Made by a program: the position numbers and the translations under genes. Positions 48,621-60,689 of a stretch of DNA of 64,000 bases are shown here, one piece after another; position 1 is the first letter of the stretch, and each line of letters starts with the position of its first letter. The notes under the pieces are model-generated. The model had not been told where the DNA came from. It worked only from the letters and a program-made list of their open reading frames with translations, and made no database searches. Origin of the DNA: Cetorhinus maximus (Eukaryota); assembly GCF_964194155.1 (NCBI RefSeq), contig NC_135886.1:107694001-107758000 (forward strand), read 5' to 3'.

Positions 48621-50309
48621 AATGAAGGGAGAGTGAACTAACTGGTTTCTCCAATAAAGAAAGTCTGATCCCTTTACTGATCTCAAATCAGTTTTTTTTT
48701 AAATGCCAAATTCCTAATAAAACTTAAACTGGCTAATTTCCTGTAAATTTCTGTGCTTGTTCCCGGTCTGGGCAACTTCCAATCTGAACAAAAGCGTACA
48801 TTTAATCAGCATTTTTAATGTTTAAAATGTTGCAAGGTGTATTATCAAATAAAACTCTACACTGAGTTATTAAGATAATATTCAGGCAGGTGACAAAATA
48901 TTTGGTCAAAGAAATAGGTTTTGAGGAGAGCCTTATAGAAGGAAAGAGAGCTTGTGGCGAAATGGGTAGTATCCCTGTCTCTAAGCCAAAAGCTTGGGGT
49001 TCAAGTCCCATCCAAGGACTTGATGGCTGTGGAAAATGCATTCGTAATGCAGCAGAACAAATTGATTATCAACCTGTAAATCTTTCCAACACACCTATGG
49101 TGGGCAATTAGAGTAGGCGAGACCCTATGCACAATTCAGATCCTCAAGCTATAGGCTCTGGCTTCAAACTAGTGCCCTGTTCCAGGAAAAACAAGCTGTG
49201 GAAAACAGAAGTAAGTATGTTCTTTGTCTGCCTCAAGTGTGCCTAAATATGTGAAATCATCTAAGTCTGAAGAAATTAAGAGTGGCAAAGTGTTTGCAGA
49301 TGGGGAGGGAATTCCAGAGCTTATTGGCTGAAGGTACAACCATTGATGGTTGTATATGGTACAACCATATCTATGGTTGGAGTATTTTTCCAGAACTGGA
49401 GAAGTGCTGATATCTCAGAGGAGGGGGGGGGGGGTTGCATTGCTGGCACATTGTGGAGATAATGAAAGGTGAATTATGGAGGGATTCGAAAACAGACAAT
49501 AGCTTTAAAAGACCATTAACGGAGGTAGAGCGCTGGTGAGGTTATTCCAGAGCTAAAAGCATATGAAAGCAAGAGACCAGAATGGGAGAAGTGCAGAGAT
49601 CATGGGGGGTTGCAGAGGTGAGATAGGGAGGACCAAGACCATGTAGGCATTTGTGGTCTGAGAACCAAAGTAGGTCATATATGGAGAAATGGGACTTGGT
49701 GCGAGTTCGCATACGGGCAACAGAGTTTTTGATAAGCTCAGGCTTATGAAAGGTGGGAGGCTGCATTGTCAGACCACTGGAATATAGTCAAGCCTGTAAC
49801 AAATCTCATTAAAATTCCTGCCATAGTGTCCAAATTAAGTCTAACTCCACTGTCAGCATTTAGTAGAATTGGTAACACTCTGCCCTCCACTCCATCCTGC
49901 AGCCCCCATCAATCTGGACCCTGCAATTGTAATCACCAGCTGAAGTTGGCAATGACTCTTGCTGAGTTGAAATGAATAGTTAGAGAGTTCGTACAGTAGC
50001 AATGATTGTGAATGATCACTATAGAATATCAAACTATCTTTCAATTCAATAGCATGTTGTTCAGACACCCCATTTGAAAGGTAATTAAAGTCACTCAGAT
50101 TCATTGTCCTGTGAATTTAATCAATTGAGAGATAAGTATTTGGCTAAAGGCCCAGTGGTTCTTTGACACCCCATGAACTTTACAAGGTTTGCTCCCACAG
50201 TAAGGACACTATTAATGGAAAGCTTGTAATGCAAATAAGCCAGTACCAGTGCTGCTGGAGACATTGTAACTATCCATCAGAGAAGATCTGATAGAAAATG
50301 ACAGCAATG

Positions 50310-53300
50310 GAGGTGGGCCGGGGTCAAAAATACTAGCGTCTGTTGGCATGCTGGTTTCCTAACACTATTCCCAGTGCCAGCACGTTTCACCAGAGTGGGT
50401 GAGGGAGGCCCCAGGTTCCTGCCGATCCATTAACAATGCCAATTAAGATTGCTAAAGAGCTCATTGAGGGGCATGTTCTGACTCTGACTGAGGCAGATGG
50501 ACTGTACATGCTGTCTGGGGTAGACCAGCCAAATGGAAACTGTCACACAATGAGGAGCCAGTCGTGACCACCCCAGAGACTATGAAAGGGTGAACGACAT
50601 TAAAGGGCACTTGGCCACTAGACAAACCTGTCATCAGCTCAGTGCAGGTTGCAGAGAGCAGTCAGTAATTGCACGGGTAGTACAGGCAGTCATCACCCTC
50701 CTGGCATCGTGGGAACATAAGAGGTGGGAGCAAAGGCTCCCAGACACAAGTTGGGGAACCACCTGAGCTCAAGGAAGGCAACAGCTAGCAATGGGAGCAC
50801 GACTCTCTGATTTTGGGTTCAATGACAGAGCCCCATGCATCAATGGGGCAGAGGAGAGAAACAAGGGAGGCCTTTTGCATATGATCTACCACTGAAGGCA
50901 GAGATTGAGAGGACTGAGAAACAGTGCCACAGGAGACGTAACTCTCCAGCCTGATGGTCACAGATCTCTGCCCTCATTGCTGAAGATCTCCCTCATCATA
51001 GCACTGGTTACCATGCTCTGTCAGTAGCTGTCAAAGTCACTGTGGTTGCCTTGAGCTTCTTTATCACTGGCTCCTTCCAAGGATGAGCTTGGTGGCATTT
51101 TGCAAACAGCAGTGCACCACTGCATCTCGCAGGTTACTGATGTCCTTTTTGAGAGAGCTGGACAGTAAATTCAATTCCAGATTGATGGATCCTCACAGGC
51201 AGAGATTTCAGCTTCATCTCAGGATTCCCCCAGCTGTGGGGCATCACTGATCGCACCCAAGGGGCTATCAAGGCACCCAGTGACTAAATATCAACAGGAA
51301 GGGCGTCCATTCCCTCTACATTCAGCTGGCCTGTGACCTCAACAAGAGCTTCCTCCATGTGTCGCTCGCTTTCCTGCCAGCTTCCATTACTCCTTCAACC
51401 TCTGCCTGTCCAGGCTCAAACAGAATTTGGATGATCGCTTTGTGAAACACCTCTGCTCAGTCCACGAGCATGACCTCAATCTTCCAGCTTTTGTCCTTGT
51501 CCCACCCAGCTCTTCACTCCATGACTTAAACTTTGTGGTTGGTTTCTAGGAATCAAGGGATATCCCTCAGAGAGATGGCTTTAATTCTCACTCCCCTATG
51601 AAAGCCCCAGACAGAAGCACAGAGGCAATAAACCAAAGCCATCTGCTCACCGGGGCCACCAGTGAGCAAGCCATTGGGCTTCTGAAGAAAAACAGAATAC
51701 TGCGGATGATGGAAGTTTGAAAGAGAAACAGAAAATACTGGAAAAACTCAGCAGCTCAGGCTGCATCGATGGAGAGGAAAAAAGAGCTAATGTTTCAGGT
51801 TTGTGACCTTTCATCAGAACTGGGAAATGTTAGAAATATAATTGATTTTCAGCATGTGTTGGGTGGGACAAGGACAAAAGCAAGGCCACAGGAAGATTGA
51901 GGTCATGCTCGTGGACTGAGCAGAGGTGATCCACAAAGCGATCATCCAACCTGCGTTTGAGTCATAGAGTTATACAGCACAGAAACAGGCCCCTCGGCCC
52001 AGTGTCTCCATGCCGACCATCAAGCACCTTTCTATTCTAATCCCATTTTCCAGCACTTGGCCCGTAGCTCTGTATGCCAAGGCGTTTCAAGTGCTCATCT
52101 AAATACTTCTTAAATGTTGTGAGGGTTCCTGCCTCTACCACCCCCTCGGGCAGTGTGTTCCAAATTCCAACCACCCTCTGGGTGAAGAAATCTTTCCTCA
52201 AATCCCCGCTAAACCTCCTGACCCTTACCTTAAATCTATGCCCCCTGAATGTTGATACCTCCGCTAGGGGAAAAGTTTCTTCCTATAATCTCCCCAATGT
52301 AGAGGAGACCACATTGCGAGCAGCAAATACAGTATACTAAATTGAAAGAAGTACAGAGAAATTGTTGTTTCAATTGAAAGGTGAGCGGGTCCTTGGACAG
52401 TGAGGAGAGAGGAGGTAAAAGGGCAGGTGTTACATCTCCTGCATTTTCATGAATAGATGCTGTGGGAAGGGGATAGGGTGTTGGGGTGTCTGAGGAGTGG
52501 ACCGATCCTCTGTGCCCAGCTGCGGAGGACTTTTTTTGTCTTCCTTCCTCCATGGAGGGCTGACCACAGCTGAATTTCCTCTCGCACCTCCTCTTGCACA
52601 CTTGTACCATGCTCCTCACCAATCTAAATGCACAGTGCGGTGAGGTAAGGGAGTTGGTCTCCTTCTCTTGACCTTTGCACCTGTGGGAGGCACAAAAAGA
52701 GATCATGAGAGCTAGGCTTGGAGAGCAGAAGCCTCTATAAGTGCTGAATTATCCTAATACAATTCAGTTTCAGAATGCTGTCAGACAGGGTGGAGTGCAA
52801 TGCACCCTCTTAATGAATGCATTCCTGGATGTGGACCTTAAGGTCCTCCTCAAGTTGGCAAGGAAGATAGGGAGGTCCTTTTCCTGGAGAGTAGTAGGAG
52901 GAGGCCTCCCACCCAGACTAGCAAGCCTAGATGGAGATGGCTGACAGACCAGCAGGAGTGTGATGCATACACTCATACACTCTGACCTCATAATCTCTAA
53001 TCATCATCTTCACACGGATATCCATCTCACCTTGCCCAAATTCCTCTTCTTCTGTGACCCTGGTGATATTCATGGCTTCCTCCTCCATGACAGCGATAAT
53101 GTGAAGGTCGGGAACTCGTCCTCCAGTCTGGGCCCTCTCCCAGTCATTATGTGTCCATTTCTCGTATCAGGAAAAAGAGAGATAAGGTGCTGGTGTCCTG
53201 AATGGCCAATGGTAGCCATTCCTATTCAAGAAAAGCTGCATGTATCAATGATTACATGTCCTCAGCAGCACTGCAGCTCTGAACCATTCTGAGGCGTCAG

Positions 53301-53900
53301 TAGGTGACCTGGGTATAAACCCCTCCCATGTTCAGGAGCAGCATGCATCCTGAGGCTCCTCAGCTGGTGTGGCTGCTGGAAGGTGAATACCCAGAGGACT
53401 GTCCTGAGGGTTGGGGTTGCATTCACCTTGGCAGAGTGTATGAGGGCATTGAACCTTTTCCTACACTAGTTCTAGTTTTTATGCACCACATTCCTGCTGG
53501 CTATCATCTATCTCCATCAGTCTTGCCTAGTCTGGGTGTGTGGCCTCCTCCTGCCAACCTCGAAGAAAATGACCTCCCTCCTCTCCCTTGCAAACTTGAG
53601 GAGGACCTTCAGGTCTACATCCAGGAATCAAGGGCTATCCTGCACCAAATTCCAGGCCTCTGCCTCTCCTGAGATATTCTATGATCTTGCAACTGAAGGT
53701 GAAGCAATAAAATCGAGGCCATTACTGTAGTCAGTTTAGGGCTCATGCTTGAACAGTCCTGCCTCTATTCCCATCCCCACAGCTGTTAACTGGTCACCAA
53801 ACCCATCTCGCAACCAAATAAGGGTACATCCCTTGTCAAAATCGGGGCCGATAATCGTTTCCTCTGACTTCCATTCCCTGCCCTCAGAAGGAAAATCCTG
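50310..53900. mobile_element. Degenerate autonomous-type PIF/Harbinger transposon (transposase on +, Myb/SANT-like gene on -) with nested insertions
   Basis: About 51030-51690 translates in pieces to ALSFFITGSFQG, AVHHCISQVTDVL, GFPQLWGITDRT..IKAP, INRKGVHSLYIQLACD, KGYP..WL, EQAIGLLK (HARBI1-like). FLDVDLKVLLKFARERREVIF on - near 53560-53630. Boundaries approximate. Confidence 0.75.
51690..52503 (-). mobile_element. Older, internally deleted Penelope fragment with canonical CUGAUGA hammerhead (51784-51823), interrupted by a CR1 3' fragment (about 51962-52287)
   Basis: FNLVYCICCSQCGLLYIGE in ORF 52236-52706; on -: CAGTT-CTGATGA-A-AGGT-CACAA-ACCT-GAAAC-ATT-AGCT. Confidence 0.8.
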
Positions 53901-56900
53901 CTTATAGTTTTGGCTGTTCCATAGAAAAGTGGCCACTTGAATGAGGGACTAAAATGCAACTGCCACTTCTGGAACTGCATTTCGTCAAGAAGTAAAAACC
54001 TTCAGCAAAGCACAGAAGGAAAATTGGACAGGGGGTGGGAGACCTTTAAACAAAAATTACAAGTAGATAAAAAGATAAATACATTTGTATTATATTGATG
54101 GTAGGATTAATTAAATTTAACAAGGCATGCTTGTTACCTCTGCATAGGAAATCCAGTGCTCAGTAATAATGCACATTACACTAAATGTTTAATGGATTTT
54201 CCTGGCTCCTTTCCTGAGACCTGAATGTTGCTGTCAATCATCATTCCAAAGGAGAAACAATAAAGAGTATGCAGCTCTCAGGAAATAAGAACAATGCCCC
54301 TTTAGGGACAGACATTCCCATAAAAATTATCTTCTACAAAGTATTAACATTAACGATATCTATAATAAATAGCTTAATCATGACTTTAAATATTTAATGT
54401 CAATATATCAATCAGCAGCTTGTAGCTGATATTATTTTGTACTATTATTGATAAAGTTATTTTTATCATTGTTGTTGGACTTTCATTTTAATAAAATGGA
54501 CCGAAATCAAATAATATCAGATTTTATAAATGCTACAACTGATGTACACAATGCGATGCAATCTGCACATTATTGCTTGCACAGTAACAATCCAATATAA
54601 ACACAGCATTTTAACAGTATAGTTTTAACAGTATAGTTATTCCAGGAGCTCAGTCTCATCCAAGCACCAGCCTAGAAAATGAGTAGCAGTAGGTATTTAA
54701 TTGTGGGAGCATCTCAACCAAGCCTCATCCTGTCTTTGCCTGATGCACCCAGATATTTTCCAGATGGTGAGTTTATTATGAACCACCAAAGAATGGAAAA
54801 GAAATAGGGGAAAAGATAGGTCAGAAAAAAAATGCAGATAACAAGGTGATAATAATGAATAACTTATTATTCAGTTAGACTGGGATAAAAGTAAAATTAA
54901 TGGAGAAAAAAAAGAGGGGGCATTTTTATAATGTATCCATAACTGGTTTCTAGATCAACACTATAAGAATGTGGGGAGAGCAGTGGAGATATTTCTTTCA
55001 CACAGAGGGTTATTACCACCAAAAACAGTGGTGGAAGCAGAATCCATTGCAACTTGTAACAGGGTAGTGGATAAAAGATAAGTTTAAATGGGTATGTGGA
55101 ATGATTTATATCACTTGACGCAAATGTTAGGACATGAAGGCCTAAACCTTCTGTTACCCACCACCCATTCCCCACCCCCTAACCCACCCTGGCACCCACC
55201 AAATTATGTTTAGGGTGCTTTCAGCCTCAGGAGCCCTCAACTGTGCTGTAATGGCAGCAGTCTTTATGTTGTATGCAAAACTGGATTTTTTTCTTGAGTT
55301 TTCTTGGGTCTGTGCAAGATAGCCCGCCCTGAGTGCACAAGACTGCATATAGCTACTGAAAAGTGGATGTCTGGTTACAAAAAGCAATCCTCGTATCCAA
55401 TGTTCAAACAGTGGAAAGGGTATACAGAGGCTTTTTCTCTCTTTATGTAAAGTGAACAGATACCTAGTCACTCGGTGGAATATAAAAAGACCTTTCAAAA
55501 TGGTAAAAGGGTGGCAATGCACCTTGTTAGCTTTCCACCATGCCTGGCCCAGACCTGCTGATCCAGGGTGTGAGGGAGAAGGAAGGGAGTAGAAATCCTA
55601 GGCTGGAATGTCCTATTGGAAATAATAATGGAATCAGAATCCAGTCTAGCTTTTAAAAATTAAGTACATAAATATTTGGGGAAAAAAATTAAGGAGTATT
55701 GTGAAAGAGTAGATTTGAAATAAGGAGACAACTCTTTCAAATAGCCAGTATGGGCATCAAAGACTGAATGGCCTCCTTCTTAGTGTAAAATTCTATGATA
55801 CTGTTTCCCCTACAGTTCAAGATTTCAATTACTGTCTCAGCTCACAAGTGAAGAATGGCTGCTTGTGTGAGCTTCAAGAGTTGCTGTTGCCCCTGAAACT
55901 AAACCCCAAATACACTCAAAACCTTCAGGAGAGATGGGGATAAAGTGAGAGAAAAAAAGTTTTATAAAACTTCTGCAACTTATAAAATGAGAATATAAGT
56001 TGTAGTGCATTAGCATGTATGTCACTGAAAGTTCAGTGTGATATATTATGTATACAAAATTAATGCGCATTGCTTATAACAATGAAAGGTTTATTTATCT
56101 GTGTTGGATGAATGACGTCTCTGTCCAAAATATTATGAATGAACAATACTTACGTACACAGGATCATTTCTGTTCAGTCATTGTTACAGTACAAATCATA
56201 TTACTTATGTAATTTAAATATATTAAACCCTTTTGTGCTTTCTTTATAAGCTGTCATCCATTTGATTTAATAGCATGTCATTCAGCTCATTACTGCTATA
56301 TCCCCTATGGGAAAAAAATGGTTTATATTCAGGTGAGAAACTTGATAATACTATAATTTGTAATAAATAATACCATATACAATAATTGAATGAGTTGAGT
56401 GAGTCATGGTCTTAAATAATTGTCGCCCGAAATGGTGGCAATATAATCTAGGCGCATTGAAGTTCTGATATAACTGCCAGATAGTGTGTAGTAAATTAAT
56501 GTTCCCTAGTTGGGTAACATTATAATATATAAACAGAATTTTTCTGCATTTATAATACTTCATCTACAGTGGTATTAGTGTTGGGTGAGTGAGCCAAATG
56601 AATATTGCTTTTGTCAGCAATGGAAAACTTATAGTTTCATCTTACCATTTCTAAATTTTCCCCTTCACTTCCAAAGATGGCCATCCCATGGACACCAGTC
56701 ATCCTTTGCTTTTCTTCATGAAACCATTCTTTTATGTGTAAGCCTAGACAAACTGTTTCATTGGGAGTGACATCACATCCAAGCCCAAAAGAAAACAATA
56801 ATGAAAGCAACTGTGCAGGGGTGTGATGTAGTAATGCAGGCAACCCGACAACCAATTTGTGCACAGCAAGCTCTCACAAACAGCAATGTGATAATGATCA

Positions 56901-58253
56901 GATAATCTGTTTTTGTTACGTTGATTGAGGGATAAATTTGGCCAGTGCACTCAGTTTAACTCTCCTGCTCTTCTTTGAAATAGTGTCATGGGATCTTTTA
57001 TGCCCACCTGAGAAGCATATGTGGCTTTGGTTTAACATTTCATCCAAAAAACAGCACTTCCAACAGAGCAAATTCCTTTAATACTGTATGAATTGTCAGC
57101 CTAGATTTTTGTGTTTAAGTCTCTGGGGCGGGACTTGAACCCACAATCATCTGCCTCAGAGGCAAGAGCTACCAACTGAGCCACAGATGGTGGTAATTTA
57201 GTGTTTATTATGTGTTTATTATTAGTTATTAATCTCACTTTCCTCTTTATTTTGGCAGTTGTACAAAACAATTCTCTTAGCCTCTTTTTTCTAGTTCTGA
57301 AAAAGGATCTCCACCAAAATATTTGGCTCTTCTCATTCTGATGCTAATTATTTTCTGTTTTCTATCAGTCTCTCAAATGTCACATGGAATATTAACACCT
57401 CCACTCGTTGTACATATTTTTGGTAAACCGGATTTCTAAGACACACAGAGAACTATCATCATGTCTTGCAATAAATTGAGAAATCTACAACTACAGAGTG
57501 GATTTTTGATGTGGAGTGCATACTCTCTCCTCATAGGGACACAATCCAGAGAACTGAGGCATAATGTGGTAAGATCAAAAGCTTCATTATTCCCAAATAT
57601 CTGCGTGATACTGCTGAAGTTTAACTAATTAAAACACACACCCTACCAACATAACTGATTAGACTTTTGTTAGGTAATGTTATCAAAGGTATTGAGCAGG
57701 TAAATGGAGTTGAGGTACAGATCAGCCATGATCTAATTGAATGGTGGAGGAGGTTCAATGTGCTGAATGGCTGACTCTTATTCCTTTGTGCCTAAAGGAC
57801 TTAGGGCCCCTTAATGAGTCAGGCAATCATAAGTGTTCTGGAGTACTGCAAACATGCCTGCTTTATTTATCAGATTACCAAATTTACCAAAGAAGATTGA
57901 CTTGATTCCATTATCACACCATCAGGCATATCACCTTGAAGCCAACTGCATCCCAAATTGATACCACGAAAGATTGTTATTAGTCAGGCACTAGACAGCA
58001 GGCTTGAGTCCTTGTGAGGTGGACAACAGATACCAGAAACATCTCAGGGGCGGCACAACGAGCCTTAAAATGTATGAATACATTGTCATCATCCTCTTGA
58101 CCATAGCACGGACACACAATGTCAATGAGCAGTGGTCCAGTTGAAGGTGCTTCCTTGTCATCCAACCACACTTTCATAAAGATAGTATTTTCATACATAC
58201 TGAGATTATAATGAAGATAATGAACATTATCATAAGATAATGACATTCTTGAA

Positions 58254-60660
58254 CAATTTCTCTGCTCCTCTCACCCATTCTAATCTGTCTCTCTCTGAAC
58301 TCACTGCACTCCGTTCTCTCAGGTCCAACCCCAACATTGTCATCAAACCCGCTGACAAGGGTGGTACTGTTGTTGTCTGGCACATTGACGTCTACCTCGC
58401 GGAGGATGAGCGTCAACTCGCAGACACTTCCTCCTACCTCTCCCTGGACCATGACCCCACCACAGAACATCAAGCCATTGTTTCCAGGACTGTCACTGAC
58501 CTCATCTCCTCTGGAGATCTTCCTCCCACAGCTTCCAACTTGATAGTCGCCCAACCTCGGACGGCCCGCTTCTACCTCCTACCCAAAATCCACAAACAGA
58601 ACTGTCCTGGCAGACCGATCGTGTCAGCCTGTTCCTGCCCCACGGAACTCATTTCTCGTTATCTTGACTCCCTTCTCTCTCCCCTTGTCCAGTCCCTTCC
58701 CACCTACATCCGTGATTCCTCTGACACCTTACGTCACATCAACAATTTCCAGTTCCCTGGCCCCAACCGCTTCCTCTTCACCATGGATGTCCAATCCCTC
58801 TACACCTCCATCCCCCACCAGGATGGTCTGAGGGCCCTTAGCTTCTTCCTTGAACAGAGGCCCCAACAATCCCCATCCACCGCTACTCTCCTCCGTCTGG
58901 CTGAACTTGTTCTCACACTGAACAATTTCTCCTTTAACTCCTCTCACTTCCTCCAAATAAAAGGTGTGGCTATGGGTACCCGCATGGGCCCCAGCTATGC
59001 CTGTCTCTTTATGGGGTATGTGGAACATTCCTTGTTCCAGTCCTACTCCGGCCCCCTCCCACAACTCTTTCTCCGGTACATCGAAGATTACTTCGGTGCT
59101 GCTTCATGCTCTCGTCGGGACCTGGAAAAATTTATTAATTTTGCTTCCAATCTCCACCCCTCCATCATTTTCACATGGTCCATCTCTGACACTTCCCTTC
59201 CCTTCCTTGACCTCTCTATCTCAATTTCTGATGATAGACTGTCCACCAATATCCATTACAAGCCTACCGACTCCCACAGCTACCTCGACTACAGCTCCTC
59301 ACACCCCACTTCCTGTAAGGACTCCATCCCATTCTCTCAGTTCCTTCGACTCCGTCGCATCTGTTCTGATGACGCTACCTTCAAAAACAGCTCCTCTGAC
59401 ATGTCCTCCTTCTTCCTTAACCGAGGTTTTCCACCCACGGTCGTTGACAGGGCCCTCAACCGTCTCTGGCCCATATCCCGCGCATCCGCCCTCACGCCTT
59501 CTCCTCCTTCCCAGAAACATGATAGGGTCCCCCTTGTCCTCACTTATCACCCCACCAGCCTCCGCATTCAAAGGATCACCCTCCGCCATTTCCGCCAACT
59601 CCAGCATGATGCCACCACCAAACACATCTTCCCTTCACCCCCCCTGGCAGCATTCCGTAGGGATCGTTCCCTCCGGGACACCCTGGTCCACTCCTCCATC
59701 ACCCCCTACTCCTCAACCCCCACCTATGGCACCTCCCCATGCCCACGCAGAAGATGCAACACCTGCCCCTTCACTTCCTCTCTCCTCACCGTCCAAGGGC
59801 CCAAACACTCCTTTCAAGTGAACCAGCATTTCACTTGCATTTCCCCTAACTTAGTCTACTGCATTCGTTGCTCCCAATGCGGTCTCCTCTACATTGGAGA
59901 GACCAAACGCAAACTGGGCGACCGCTTTGCAGAACACCTGCGGTCTGTCCACAAGAAAGACCCAAACCTCCCTGTCGCTTGCCATTTTAACACTCCACCC
60001 TGTTCTCTTGCCCACATGTCTGTCCTTGGCTTGCTGCATTGTTCCAGTGAAGCCCAACGCAAACTGGAGGAACAGCACCTCATCTTCCGACTAGGCACTT
60101 TACAGCCTTCCGGGCTGAATATTGAATTCAACAACTTTAGATCTTAAACTCCCCCTCCCCCCATCCCCACCCCGTTTCTCCCCCCTCCCTTTTTTTTCAA
60201 TAATTTATATAGATTCTTCTTTTCCCACCTATTTCCATTATTTTTAAATCTAAAACTAAAACTTTGTTAGTCTTTCCACCCCACCCCCACTAGAGCTGTA
60301 CCTTGAGTATCCTGTCTTCCATTCTTAATTAGCACTTTTCTTAGATAATATCACCACCTTCAACACCTCTTTGATCCTTTTGTCTGTGACATCTTTTGAT
60401 TATCTGCTCCTATCACTGCTTGCTTATCTCCACAATCATCCCACCCTCTACTTCTCTCTCCCCCCGCCCCCACCTTAGACCAGCTTATATTTCACCTTTC
60501 TCCTAACTATACTCAGTTCTGCCGAAGGGTCATGAAGACTCGAAACGTTAACTGATTTCTTCTCCACCGATGCTGCCAGACCTGCTGAGTTTTTCCAGGT
60601 AATTCTGTTTTTGTTTTGGATTTCCAGCATCCGCAGTAGCTTTTAGCTTTTTGTTTTTAT
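58254..60660 (+). mobile_element. Penelope-like retroelement (Neptune type), 5'-truncated, RT + Zn-finger linker + GIY-YIG endonuclease
   Basis: ORF 58240-60147: IKPADKG, LPKIHK, GRPIVS, FTMDVQSLYTSIP, KGVAMGTRMGP, RYIED; CPRRRCNTC..C linker; NLVYCIRCSQCGLLYIGETKR; 3' non-coding tail with hammerhead-like motif. Confidence 0.93.
60513..60555 (+). ncRNA. Minimal type I hammerhead-like motif with variant core CUGCCGA
   Basis: TCAGTT-CTGCCGA-A-GGGTC-ATGAA-GACTC-GAAAC-GTT-AACTGA; stems I and II pair; palindromic ACGT. Confidence 0.6.
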
Positions 60661-60689
60661 CTCCTCATTCTGTTGCTAGTCAGGGGTGG

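Noticed and set aside
48955-49015. tRNA-like A/B boxes (also at about 62393-62480)
   Set aside because: No complete cloverleaf; these are SINE heads rather than tRNA genes
58044-58092. Box C (ATGATGA) ... TGTGCCGCCC-CTGA on -, with partial complementarity to 28S rRNA GGGCGGUACA
   Set aside because: Only 49 nt from box C to box D, no clear C'/D' boxes or terminal stem, and it lies inside a candidate pseudogene exon
58964-59821. 285-aa overlapping ORF and several antisense ORFs in the Penelope copies
   Set aside because: P/S/T-rich shadow frames caused by the C-rich codon bias of the RT ORF
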